Positions 1-9,153 of a DNA stretch of 31,441 bases are shown piece by piece. The notes below the pieces were generated by a model. It made no database searches and was not told where the DNA came from. It saw nothing but the letters and a program-made list of their open reading frames with translations. The stretch comes from a virus. Lineage: Duplodnaviria; Caudoviricetes. The position numbers and the translations under genes were made by a program. How positions within the stretch are numbered: the first letter of the stretch is position 1; every line of letters starts with the position of its first letter. Where the stretch lies: positions 1-31,441 of the IMG/VR virus record IMGVR_UViG_3300030037_000046; one strand, written 5' to 3'.

Positions 1-288
1 TCACGCGGGGCGGGCGTTGCGGGCGATTGCATGCTTTATTCCTTTGCTTGGCTGGTCGAGCTGAAGCACCAACTGCTTCCGATTGATGTGCTCACTGAGC
101 GGTAAATTGATGAACTGATTGGGACAGGCGCTAAGGCTGAGGGTGCGCACCGGAATGATGTGGCAGGCAAAAACATGGCCGCACAGGCCGTTGTTGCAGT
201 GACAGGTGATTTCCCGACATTGCTCCGACAGCTGAATGCTCTTGCGAATGGTCGTAAGGTCATCGCAATGCGGACACCTCACGCGCAT
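1..288 (-). CDS. ogr: Ogr/Delta-like zinc-finger late transcription activator
   Basis: CPHC...CHCNNGLCGHVF four-Cys pattern typical of P2 Ogr / P4 Delta. Confidence 0.88.
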   Translation of the reverse strand: MRVRCPHCDDLTTIRKSIQLSEQCREITCHCNNGLCGHVFACHIIPVRTLSLSACPNQFINLPLSEHINRKQLVLQLDQPSKGIKHAIARNARPA

Positions 289-575
289 TTACGCCTCCTT
301 GATAATTTGCGGGGGGAGAGTTTTTGGTCGGGGGACATGGCGCGAGGGGCTGGGCGGTCGATCTCTTTGGGCCATGGCAGTGTGTCAGGCCAATTGTCAG
401 AGAAATATTGGAAGATGCGTTGGAGGCGCAAGTAAGTGATGTCGTGGCCGTTTTGGATGCGGTCGAAGATGTCACCGCTGCCTGTTGCGAACCGTGAAAT
501 GGTGCTGGGTGAATAGCCGGACCATTGGGCGAGAGGCTCGCTTAGGTGGGCGATATGTTGCGGTGTGTTTTTCAT
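279..575 (-). CDS. Cro-like HTH phage regulator
   Basis: Short HTH-like segment (SPSTISRFATG), C-terminal FSDNWP..LPWP motif, divergent from the repressor-like gene and first in the early operon. Confidence 0.65.
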   Translation of the reverse strand: MKNTPQHIAHLSEPLAQWSGYSPSTISRFATGSGDIFDRIQNGHDITYLRLQRIFQYFSDNWPDTLPWPKEIDRPAPRAMSPDQKLSPRKLSRRRKCA

Positions 576-639
576 GACAATCTACGTATGCGTTAAAAAG
601 CACATGCGGTCAATATAAAAATCATCTAGCGTGCTAAGT

Positions 640-1206
640 ATGGCACAAAAGATTGAAGCGCTCTCAATGGCGCAAAAAGCATTGGGTTCATTAAGTGATG
701 CGGTTCGTGAAAGTGTGGAGCACGAGGGGATGCGTCCTTTTGCCAATCGGCTAGGTGTGCCTTTGGGGCAGCTACGTGGATTGCTTGATGACCGAGATGT
801 GCAAGCGTCTACCGTGGCGTTTCTGGCGGACAGCATGGGCATGCAGCTTTATGTCGGACCTGCAAAAATGACCGACAAGGAAGCAGCGAAAGCGCTTGCG
901 GCGTGGAAGGCTCAGCGGGCGGAGATGGAGTCATACCGGGAGCGGCTTGAGGAGCGGTTGTCGGAGGTGGTGAAGTTGACGCTTGAAACATCGGACTTTT
1001 TTGCGCCCACCGGGACGGCGGTGCCAAAGGGCAAGAAGGCTGCGAGTGCGCGCGAGAATAAACGGGCCGAGCTGCTTGCGTTGTTCGATGGGATTGACGG
1101 GGCGAGGGCGCAGGATGTGTTTTTGGAATCTTGCAAAGTGTTTGCCGAGAAGTCGACGAAGAAAGCCGCGGCGCCAAGGCAGCGAGGCAGCATGGAGATT
1201 TTCTAA
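640..1206 (+). CDS. CI-like immunity repressor (N-terminal HTH, no S24 peptidase domain)
   Basis: GMRPFANRLGVPLGQLRGLL HTH-like segment; divergent from cro-like gene; start uncertain (631 GTG, 640 or 667 ATG). Confidence 0.6.
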   Translation: MAQKIEALSMAQKALGSLSDAVRESVEHEGMRPFANRLGVPLGQLRGLLDDRDVQASTVAFLADSMGMQLYVGPAKMTDKEAAKALAAWKAQRAEMESYRERLEERLSEVVKLTLETSDFFAPTGTAVPKGKKAASARENKRAELLALFDGIDGARAQDVFLESCKVFAEKSTKKAAAPRQRGSMEIF

Positions 1207-1315
1207 GGCGGCCTGACTGCTTGATGCTTCTATTCATGAAGCAAGTGCTAAGTTTTGCAAAGTGAACACAAAACGAGTGTCGACTTTATTGCGTGTTAAA
1301 GGGCGTGTTTGATAA

Positions 1316-1804
1316 ATGGACGATAAATCTTTGAACTTAGAACCCATCGCTATTGTACCGCTCTGGGGGCAATTTGGGTGGTCATTGGCTGCTGTTTTTG
1401 GAGGGCCCTTTTTGCTTACGCTGTCTCTCGCATTACTTTCAATATTCAAGGAAGGCGTTGGGTGGGGGATATGGATACCTCCGATACCAATGGGCGGCAT
1501 TTGTGCCATTGCCCTATTTGTATGGTGGAGAAAAGAATTGATTCTCACAGAGGATGCAATTTGTTCACGCACGACATTCCTGACGAAAATTATACCGTTG
1601 AGGGATGTGATTGAGATGGGAATACCCCCAAGCGATAATTATTTCAAATTGGGACTGCCTGGCCAGCTGGTCGTAAGAACGCAAGATCGCCATGGTCAGA
1701 AGAATGTTATTATTCACCTTGGGCTCTTTGACCCTGTGGGGTTCGGCAATTGGTTGGATGCGTCCCAAGAACAATTGGCTAAGTGTGCCAAAGGCCTCTC
1801 TTAA
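1316..1804 (+). CDS. Accessory membrane protein (2 predicted TM helices plus small soluble, possibly PH-like, domain)
   Basis: 162-aa ORF with two hydrophobic stretches, then ELILTEDAICSRT...IPLRDV beta-rich pattern. Confidence 0.6.
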   Translation: MDDKSLNLEPIAIVPLWGQFGWSLAAVFGGPFLLTLSLALLSIFKEGVGWGIWIPPIPMGGICAIALFVWWRKELILTEDAICSRTTFLTKIIPLRDVIEMGIPPSDNYFKLGLPGQLVVRTQDRHGQKNVIIHLGLFDPVGFGNWLDASQEQLAKCAKGLS

Positions 1805-1818
1805 ACAGAGTGTCCCAG

Positions 1819-1998
1819 CTAATCATCCACTGGGCTTTCAAATTTGGTCATCAATGAAATCAACTTGAACGCCTTTTCTCGTTGTTCCGTGTTTAGAGAC
1901 CTTATCAGTGCTTCAAGTGGTGGCTGTTTATCGCTGTCAGTTGAGGCATTTTTTCTGTGTCGTTTCGAGGCTGCATCCAGCCTGATGATGTTTGTCAT
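1819..1998 (-). CDS. Small hypothetical protein, 59 aa (not in ORF track)
   Basis: Manually translated MTNIIRLDAASKRHRKNASTDSDKQPPLEALIRSLNTEQREKAFKLISLMTKFESPVDD; fills the intergenic gap; GGAGG about 20 nt upstream. Confidence 0.45.
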   Translation of the reverse strand: MTNIIRLDAASKRHRKNASTDSDKQPPLEALIRSLNTEQREKAFKLISLMTKFESPVDD

Positions 1999-2089
1999 TT
2001 TTTCTCACCCATTTGCCTCCCCATCCCCCTAGATAAATCATCAATTTCACTGTAAAAGATTAATTGTCTTTTATAGTGGAGCGTTTGTT

Positions 2090-3301
2090 GTGAACATTGT
2101 TTTGACGGTTTTGGGCTGGTTAAGTGTTGTGTTTTTTTTGATGCTGACGGTGGCGATGATCGGCCTAGGCTCTGTGGTTGGCGGGGTGGTCATGTTGGCG
2201 CTAAGCGTTGTTGCAATCCCCCCAATTTTTAAGAGAGCTTTCGCTCCCCTTGAGGCGCGCTGGAAAGCTCTGATGGAGGCAGAAAAGGGAGAGGGTGCAG
2301 GGGCTACAAGTCGCCCGTTTGCAATGTTGTCCATGTGTTGGATCGTGGCCTTCATTGTTGTTGTCGCTGTTGTGCCAAAAACAAAAGGCGGCGATTCAAA
2401 TTCATCTGTATCGTCTTCTGAGGAGGCCGGTGCTGAAGTTGTCTCTCTGCTTGATGAGATTGAAGTTGCAAGAGAGTATTCTATCGTTAGTGCGTCAGCG
2501 GTTGGCGGTGATATGGATAGTCGAGTTTATTCCATCGTCCCAGCTGAACCAATTACTACACCTAGTGGATACCTAACCTTGGGGACGCAAGCGGCTAAGG
2601 ACGCGATTGCCGCAACAAAAGTGAAATCTATAACGGTGTTCGTGTACCCCGATGAAAGGCTTATCAAGAGCAACTTCAATACGGCTTTGGTCACCTATAA
2701 CGAGGTGGTCGATGAAGGTATACCTGAGACCTCTGCTGAATCGCCTTGGAGTATGCTTGCTTTCTCCAAGATGCCAGACGAAGTGAGCGTTGAAGATGCG
2801 GTCAAATTACTTGCAGTGGAAAATGCGTTAGATATGCCTGCGAAAGAGCGTTCTGCTTTCTATGATAAAATGGAGGCATTGAGGGCCGATAACCCTCCGT
2901 GGCACAGCGCAGAATCAGATATCGAGTTGAGTGCAGAACAAATTGGAAGAATTGAACCGACAGAAAGTGGGGTAGCTTCTGTGAAGGCAATGGAAGAGGC
3001 AGTGTGTTTGGGAAATGCGACTTGTTTTGCAGACAAGTTTCGAGTTGATGCCATGACAAGGTGCCAAACAGCTATCGAAAACCAAGCGCGGTACAAATTT
3101 GAATGGATGGACGGATGGCTCTTGTGGACCGCACGGGCATTTGACGACATTAGAGCTGATACGGGGAAGAAGTTGATCTACTTGATGGGAAACCGGATCA
3201 AATTTCAAAATGGTTTTGGTGCCTTTCAGCGGATGCAATATGTTTGTGTTTTCAATGCAGCTTCCATGAAGGTTGAAAAAGTGGCGGTTAGCGGAGTTTA
3301 G
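2090..3301 (+). CDS. Membrane-anchored accessory protein with large extracytoplasmic domain
   Basis: 403 aa; about three N-terminal hydrophobic segments, Ser-rich linker, C-terminal Cys-containing domain with KFQNGFGA motif; GGAG upstream of GTG. Confidence 0.75.
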   Translation: MNIVLTVLGWLSVVFFLMLTVAMIGLGSVVGGVVMLALSVVAIPPIFKRAFAPLEARWKALMEAEKGEGAGATSRPFAMLSMCWIVAFIVVVAVVPKTKGGDSNSSVSSSEEAGAEVVSLLDEIEVAREYSIVSASAVGGDMDSRVYSIVPAEPITTPSGYLTLGTQAAKDAIAATKVKSITVFVYPDERLIKSNFNTALVTYNEVVDEGIPETSAESPWSMLAFSKMPDEVSVEDAVKLLAVENALDMPAKERSAFYDKMEALRADNPPWHSAESDIELSAEQIGRIEPTESGVASVKAMEEAVCLGNATCFADKFRVDAMTRCQTAIENQARYKFEWMDGWLLWTARAFDDIRADTGKKLIYLMGNRIKFQNGFGAFQRMQYVCVFNAASMKVEKVAVSGV

Positions 3302-3335
3302 GCGCTTTCTACAGCTTTAAATAGGCGACAGGTAT

Positions 3336-4997
3336 ATGACCGGTAAGAACCAACATTACGTTCCTCGAGTGTTTTTGCGTGGCTTTCTAATTGAGGGCGC
3401 TGGCGAAAAGGTTTGGAAATTTAGGCAAGGTCTGGACAAACCGGTTATTAATTCAATCGGGGATGTTTCTTCGAGTGAGTATTTCTACTCTGCGGCTACG
3501 CAGGATGGTGTTGAGACATTAGATAGTCGATTGGCTGACTATGAGGCTGAGCATCTTACAAAAAGTCTGGGAGTTATTAGGGCGTTATCTGAAGGTACGA
3601 TTACCAATCCGCAAGTCGTTTGCGATGTTGCTGCGCATTTGGTGAGAAGATCTTCTTTCTTTCGAGATATGGGGCGGCACATTTTTACGGAAATGAGCGA
3701 GAAAGTGAATGTTCTTTCTGAAGTGTTATCGGAAGGGGTCGAAAATATGGACCATATTATTCCACCACGGTTTTTTGAGCTTCTGGTTGAACAGGAGTTG
3801 TTAGAAAATGTGCGTGGAGATTTGGATATTTCACCTGAGACGGTTGCAAAAATTGCATACTTCTTTCTTCGAGAGAACTCAGGAAATTGGAATGTTCTTT
3901 ATCGCGATACTTTGAAAAACGGAAGTGACTTTTTTTCTAAAAATTCGAAGAAATTGCCCTCTTATGCTCATAAGAAAATCTTAGATTATGACTTTAAGGG
4001 GGAAAAGCTGGGCCTCTACTTTAGAAAGATGACTTGGAAGGTTTGTGACTTCCTCGAAGAGCATATTATTCTTCCTGATTGCATTTGTATTGCCCGATCA
4101 TTAGAAGGTGATTGGTTGCCTTTGGAGATGTTGGGCACTGAGGAAATCTCTTGTATTGCATTCCCTGTATCTTCAACTCGCATAATTTTTGGGTTTTTTG
4201 ATTCACCTCCAATAATGTCTGTTGCGAATTTCAATGAACTCGCCGCCCGTTGTTGTGCACATGAATTTTTAGCATCGAAACAAACAGGGGATCTTTCGAA
4301 GTGTGTTGATTTGATTGGCACAAAGATGTCGGCAAACACGAAAGCAATTGTGGAGGTTTCGGGGGACCAACTGAATATTTTGTCGAAACTCCCATTGGAT
4401 AACACTAAGGATGGCGATTGCTATGATACCGATTATGATGCGCTTATTGGTACATTTAGTGAAAGTCTCTATATGACCTTTATACAGTGCAGGGAAGTTT
4501 CCGATAATGATTTTGACGATTTGTCGGAACTGGAACGTACGCTGATCAGTTTTCTGAAATCCAGTTATTGTAAAGGTGTCGAGGCTCGTAGATCTTATCG
4601 TGTCCAGGGAGACCATTGGCTTCTCTTTGTGACAATTTACAATATCGTATCCGAAGTCTTGGCAGCTATTACACAGTTTCTATGTAACAGGCGCAAAATT
4701 CAACCCGTGGCGGATCTGGGTGCCAACCTTAGGGAATATCTGGTAAGTTCGGGGTTGGAGTTATGGTGGGCTCTTTTTGATAAGGATCTGTTCGCTAACT
4801 TTTCCGAAAGTACGGATGCCGGGAGTTTGTCATCCCGTATTTTTGTCAATTCGCATATCGAGCGGCTTTTTCTATCGTTTGGAGTCCTGATTGAAAGTCC
4901 GATGGGTGATGAAGGCGGTACTGTAAAAATGTGTGTCCCCTTGAGCACTGATTATAAATACCTTGCAAACCTGGAAAATGATGATGGTGAGTTTTAA
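3336..4997 (+). CDS. DUF4238 domain-containing protein (candidate anti-phage)
   Basis: N-terminal NQHYVPRVFLRGF matches the DUF4238 HYVP..(F/Y)LR.F signature; ILPD and FPVSS motifs later; AT-rich. Confidence 0.75.
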   Translation: MTGKNQHYVPRVFLRGFLIEGAGEKVWKFRQGLDKPVINSIGDVSSSEYFYSAATQDGVETLDSRLADYEAEHLTKSLGVIRALSEGTITNPQVVCDVAAHLVRRSSFFRDMGRHIFTEMSEKVNVLSEVLSEGVENMDHIIPPRFFELLVEQELLENVRGDLDISPETVAKIAYFFLRENSGNWNVLYRDTLKNGSDFFSKNSKKLPSYAHKKILDYDFKGEKLGLYFRKMTWKVCDFLEEHIILPDCICIARSLEGDWLPLEMLGTEEISCIAFPVSSTRIIFGFFDSPPIMSVANFNELAARCCAHEFLASKQTGDLSKCVDLIGTKMSANTKAIVEVSGDQLNILSKLPLDNTKDGDCYDTDYDALIGTFSESLYMTFIQCREVSDNDFDDLSELERTLISFLKSSYCKGVEARRSYRVQGDHWLLFVTIYNIVSEVLAAITQFLCNRRKIQPVADLGANLREYLVSSGLELWWALFDKDLFANFSESTDAGSLSSRIFVNSHIERLFLSFGVLIESPMGDEGGTVKMCVPLSTDYKYLANLENDDGEF

Positions 4998-4998
4998 A

Positions 4999-6000
4999 CT
5001 AGCTACCTGACGAATATTTATTTTTAAGTTGAATCCCTGTTCCCAAGCCTCTTCCATTCAGGCTGTGTTTCACATCCCCCACAATCCAGTCAAAATTTGT
5101 GATGTCTGTTTTCCAGCCGCTTAGAGTTATCGGTGTTTCCGGTATTAGCTCCGGTCTACCTTCTGACAAGGTGAGTGATAGGGTATGCCGCCCGCGCTGG
5201 ATGCGCTGCCATTCAGCACTGGCGGCTTCTGTGGCTTCTGTGGCCGTTGGAAAGGTCTGGCGTAGGGTTTTGAGCTTGGGCGTGTCGCTGTCGCCCTGAA
5301 CCGTTACTGTGCGCTCGGTGGCTGCGTCTAGGTCGTGCCAGTTGGCTTTGACGCCGGTGAAGTCATTTTGTCCTTTTGCAGACCTGAATGAATGGCTGTC
5401 TCCCATCTGTCGCGTCAAGGTGAGGGCAGGTAGGGCTTTGCCGCTGGCACTTTGGCCAAGGCCCATGGGCATGAAGAGCAGGCGGCCTGATTTCAAAGTC
5501 GCTATGGCGTCAAAGCGTTTGCCCAGGCGGGTGAGCAGGTGGCCGTCGCTTTCGTCTGTTTGGTCTAGCTGCTCGATGAGCTTTGCGGCCAGGTCGGTGT
5601 TGAGGGCGCTTTTAACGGAGTGGTCGCTTGCAATGGTGTTGAGAATATCGCCTAAGGTTTTTCCGGTCCAGGAGCGGGACTTTTGCTCATTCATGGATTT
5701 GTGAAAGTCCGCACTATTGGCGCTGATGGTCAATTTGTCGGGTGGGCCAGAGTGGGTGATGTCGTCAACGATGTAGGTGCCTTTGTCGATGAGATAGCTA
5801 TCTGCCCAGCCGATCTTGACTGAGATCTTTGCGCCTTCTGGAGGGATGGTTAGCAGGCCGTCTGCATCGTCCAGGGTAAGGGAGAGCGTGTCGGCCTCAA
5901 AGCCGCGCTTGTCGGTGAGCTGGAGGTCTAGCAATCGTTTGCTCACTTGGGCGGTGATGTCTGTGCCGTCAACGGTGATTTCAAAAGCGGGGGTTCTCAT
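4999..6000 (-). CDS. gpD: Phage late control / baseplate hub protein D
   Basis: LTDKRGFEADTLSLTLDD and QTDESDGHLLTRL motifs; P2 synteny. Confidence 0.93.
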   Translation of the reverse strand: MRTPAFEITVDGTDITAQVSKRLLDLQLTDKRGFEADTLSLTLDDADGLLTIPPEGAKISVKIGWADSYLIDKGTYIVDDITHSGPPDKLTISANSADFHKSMNEQKSRSWTGKTLGDILNTIASDHSVKSALNTDLAAKLIEQLDQTDESDGHLLTRLGKRFDAIATLKSGRLLFMPMGLGQSASGKALPALTLTRQMGDSHSFRSAKGQNDFTGVKANWHDLDAATERTVTVQGDSDTPKLKTLRQTFPTATEATEAASAEWQRIQRGRHTLSLTLSEGRPELIPETPITLSGWKTDITNFDWIVGDVKHSLNGRGLGTGIQLKNKYSSGS

Positions 6001-6422
6001 GAGCGTTTTGCATCCTCAATTTTGAGGTCGCCTAGCACACTGGCCTCGTCGGGCTCGCGGATGATGGAGAGTTCAAAGGTGATTTTGCGGGCTGTGCCGT
6101 CTTGCAGAAAATTACTCTTTGTTTCGGATACCGTTTCAATGGACCAATTGCCCATCACATTTCCCAAGCCATCGAGCAGAACATAGGCTTTGCCGGTGAG
6201 CATCATTTCACGCAAGGTTTTGAGCGTGCTGGGGCCGCCTGTTAGTTCTGGATAAAGGGTGCCAGAGAGGGTGATTTTGTCGTCACCGGGGCCGACGAAT
6301 TGTCCCGTTGGTCTCTGTCCTACAGGGGCATTGCGGGGCGCACGGGCGGAACTCACGCGGCGCAATTGTTGATAGGGGGCGGTCTTCAATGAGAAGGCGA
6401 AAAATCCCAAGGCAAGCATCAT
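5997..6422 (-). CDS. gpU: Tail protein U
   Basis: MMLALGFFAFSLKTAPYQQL, QFVGPGDDKITLSGTLYPELTGG. Confidence 0.93.
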   Translation of the reverse strand: MMLALGFFAFSLKTAPYQQLRRVSSARAPRNAPVGQRPTGQFVGPGDDKITLSGTLYPELTGGPSTLKTLREMMLTGKAYVLLDGLGNVMGNWSIETVSETKSNFLQDGTARKITFELSIIREPDEASVLGDLKIEDAKRS

Positions 6423-6433
6423 GGCGGGGGCTC

Positions 6434-8956
6434 CTATTCTGGATCATAGAGTTGTGAGCGCTGGGCTTGGGCGCGTTCTTGGTCGAGGTCCTCCAAGACA
6501 AGGCGCACGGCTTCTGCTATTTCTTCAGCCGCTGTATTGCCTCCAGCATGTATGTGAAATTCATAGTGGTTGGGCGTTGGTGTAGTTTGCGTGGGGCCTG
6601 TTTGTCCGGCATAGGCGGGCACGACAGCGGCGCTCATGGCGATAGGGGCAATCATGGAGCGGGCCATCGTGTTGAGCGCTTTGAGGGGTTTGCCTTGGCC
6701 CCCTTGCAGGCCGATGGTTAGACCTTGGGTGATGTTGCCGCCAAGGTCAGCAAACACGCGGCTAGGGGAGTGGATGCCCAAGATGGATTTGAATGTGTCT
6801 TTGATCATCCCGCCCATATTGGCCATGGCCTTAGAGAGCTTGGGAAATAGACCGACAAAGCCATCAATCAAACCGTCGACAATCATTGCGCCAAAGCCTG
6901 TGAAGGTGTCGGGCAGCTCGACGCCGAACCAATTCAACACGCCTGCAAATGCTTTGTAGAACAGCCCCAAGGGTGACCAATTGATCAGAAAGGAATTGAT
7001 CGCGCCCAGGGTGCCCCAAAAGTCAGTTTTGAAGGCTGTGAAGATGCGCTGAAAAAGGGCGGTCAGAGGTTCCCAATATTTCCAAATCAGATAACCGCCT
7101 ACAGCGATGGCTGTGATGGTGAGGCCTATTGGGTTCATGAGCAACGCGCGGCCCAAGAAAACAATGGCCTTGCCAACCCACATGATGATGGGGCCAAGCT
7201 TTGCGAATATGGCCCCAAATGAAAGGGCTTTAAGACCGATGGTCGTCAGGGCAAAATTGACCATGGCAAAGGGGCCAAGAATACCCGCGACGGCCAATGC
7301 CAAGCCACCCACAACCGCCCAGAGAGACGCAGCGACGGTGATGATGGCGAACAGGGTGCTCGCTAGTTTGGGATTTTCATTCACCCATTTTGTGGTGGTC
7401 CGCACGATGCGGGTCATGCCCTGGATGATTGCCCGAAAGGGGGATGTCTGTGTGTCACTCAATGCAATGTTAAACCCCTCCCAAGCGCTGGTTAGCCCTT
7501 TGATGTCGCCCGCTGCATTGTCCGCCATTTGGCTTGCGACGCGTTTGCTCTCCCCTAAAGAGTTCCCAACGATGTTGGCAAATTTGGCAATTTCTCCAGC
7601 GCCTCCCTTTTCCACCAAATTGGCAAAGCCGGTGCCGGCGCGCTGGCCTGCAATATCCATGAAGAGGCCTAAGCGATCACCACTGCCCATCTTCTCTGTT
7701 TTGCGCGCGACCTCGGCCAGAATGTCTGGCACGGCACGCAGGTCGCCTGCGGCATCGGTGGTTTGAATGCCCAACGATTTGAGCGCCTTGGCGGCCTCGC
7801 TTGGGGGAGAGGCAAGCCGGGCATAGACGGAGCGTAAGGTGGTGCCCGCCATGCTGGCTTGAATGCCAATGTTGCCGAGCAGGCCTGCCATGGCAGCGGC
7901 TTCGGGCACGCTTGCCCCCACAAGGGCTGCGGCGGGGGCTGTGAATTTCATTGTCTCGCCCAGTTGGGTAAGGCTTACATTTGACCGGGTGAAGGTGGCG
8001 GTGAGTACATCGCCCAGCATGGTCATTTTTGAAGGGTCGAGGTCAAAGGCTGAGAGAATGTTAGAGGCGATGTTTGCCGTCTCGGCCAGGTCGGTGCGTC
8101 CAGCCTTTGCCAGGTCCAGCATGCCTGGCATGGCGGCCATGGTTTGATTGGCGCTAAAGCCAGCCATGACAAGGAACTCCATGCCCGATGCGGCCTCTGT
8201 GGCTGAAAATTGGGTGGTGGAGCCAAGCTCAAGTGCTTGGGCGCGCAGGTCGGCGAATGCCTTGGAGCTCTTCTCCACGCGTCCAATCGCCCCTACAGCG
8301 CTCATCTGCTCATCAAAGGAAATGCCGGGCATCATGGTTGAGGTGATGCCTCGCAATGCTGCGCCGCCTGTGGCGAGCCCTGCGGCCCCTACAAAGCTGG
8401 CGTTGGCCTGTGTTTGCAGTGTGCGGCGATACCGCTGCGATGCTCTCCTGTGGCGATCTTGGAGCCGTGTCGCGCGTTTCAGTGCGCCTTGCTGTTGATT
8501 GAGCCGGTTGGTCACGGTCTTGATTTTGGACGCTGTCTGAATTTGGGCTGTGCCAAGGGAGCGGGTGCTAATGCCTGCCTTATTCAAGTCGCGGCGCATA
8601 GTACCGAGCGACCGGATTTCCTCAGTCTGTTTGAGCTTAAGTTTGTTAACGTCTTTTGCGGCGCGGGCGGCCGCTTTGCCCAACTTTTTGCTGCTCTTGC
8701 CGGTCGTATTAAATTCGCGCTGCAATTTCTTAGCCGTGGCTTGGGCTTCGGCCAGCTTGCCTTTTGTCGAGGTGAGACCTTTGCGCAGATCACGGAAGCC
8801 GTTGATCTTTGTCTCGGCTGCCTTGAGTGATTTTAGCTCGCCAGCGGTCTTGCCCAGGCCTTTTTGCAGCTTGGTTGATGATTGGAGAAGCTGCTTGAAT
8901 GGCTTGCTGGCTTTGTCGAGACCTTCGAGGGTGATGGAAAGTTTCAGGTCTTTCAT
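6434..8956 (-). CDS. gpT: Tail tape measure protein (TP901-type core)
   Basis: 840 aa, Ala/Gly-rich; LRAQALELGSTTQFSATEAA, LLMNPIGL and IHSPSRVF motifs. Confidence 0.95.
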   Translation of the reverse strand: MKDLKLSITLEGLDKASKPFKQLLQSSTKLQKGLGKTAGELKSLKAAETKINGFRDLRKGLTSTKGKLAEAQATAKKLQREFNTTGKSSKKLGKAAARAAKDVNKLKLKQTEEIRSLGTMRRDLNKAGISTRSLGTAQIQTASKIKTVTNRLNQQQGALKRATRLQDRHRRASQRYRRTLQTQANASFVGAAGLATGGAALRGITSTMMPGISFDEQMSAVGAIGRVEKSSKAFADLRAQALELGSTTQFSATEAASGMEFLVMAGFSANQTMAAMPGMLDLAKAGRTDLAETANIASNILSAFDLDPSKMTMLGDVLTATFTRSNVSLTQLGETMKFTAPAAALVGASVPEAAAMAGLLGNIGIQASMAGTTLRSVYARLASPPSEAAKALKSLGIQTTDAAGDLRAVPDILAEVARKTEKMGSGDRLGLFMDIAGQRAGTGFANLVEKGGAGEIAKFANIVGNSLGESKRVASQMADNAAGDIKGLTSAWEGFNIALSDTQTSPFRAIIQGMTRIVRTTTKWVNENPKLASTLFAIITVAASLWAVVGGLALAVAGILGPFAMVNFALTTIGLKALSFGAIFAKLGPIIMWVGKAIVFLGRALLMNPIGLTITAIAVGGYLIWKYWEPLTALFQRIFTAFKTDFWGTLGAINSFLINWSPLGLFYKAFAGVLNWFGVELPDTFTGFGAMIVDGLIDGFVGLFPKLSKAMANMGGMIKDTFKSILGIHSPSRVFADLGGNITQGLTIGLQGGQGKPLKALNTMARSMIAPIAMSAAVVPAYAGQTGPTQTTPTPNHYEFHIHAGGNTAAEEIAEAVRLVLEDLDQERAQAQRSQLYDPE

Positions 8957-8973
8957 AATTTCGCCAACTTTTA

Positions 8974-8982
8974 TGCTATAAT
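8974..8982 (+). promoter_or_regulatory. Extended -10 promoter TGcTATAAT for a leaderless moron
   Basis: Perfect TGnTATAAT ending 6 nt before ATG at 8989. Confidence 0.65.
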
Positions 8983-8988
8983 GGTTTC

Positions 8989-9153
8989 ATGATACAGATC
9001 GTTTTTGCCATTTTGGGAGTTGTTGCTGTGCTGGTGCTTATCAGCGTGGTGCTTTTCTATGGCTTCCGGCTCGTGCTGCTCATTGGGGCTGCACTCTGGT
9101 TTGTGCTGTCTGCCCCGGTCTATGTTTGGCGCGCATGGCAAGAAGCTGCTTAA
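8989..9153 (+). CDS. 54-aa hydrophobic membrane protein, antisense moron (not in ORF track)
   Basis: MIQIVFAILGVVAVLVLISVVLFYGFRLVLLIGAALWFVLSAPVYVWRAWQEAA; own promoter; stop overlaps the E' stop (TTAA 9150-9153). Confidence 0.72.
   Translation: MIQIVFAILGVVAVLVLISVVLFYGFRLVLLIGAALWFVLSAPVYVWRAWQEAA

Noticed and set aside
621-627. ATCATCT half-site of the late dyad in the cro/cI gap
   Set aside because: Partner arm absent; a 7-mer match can occur by chance
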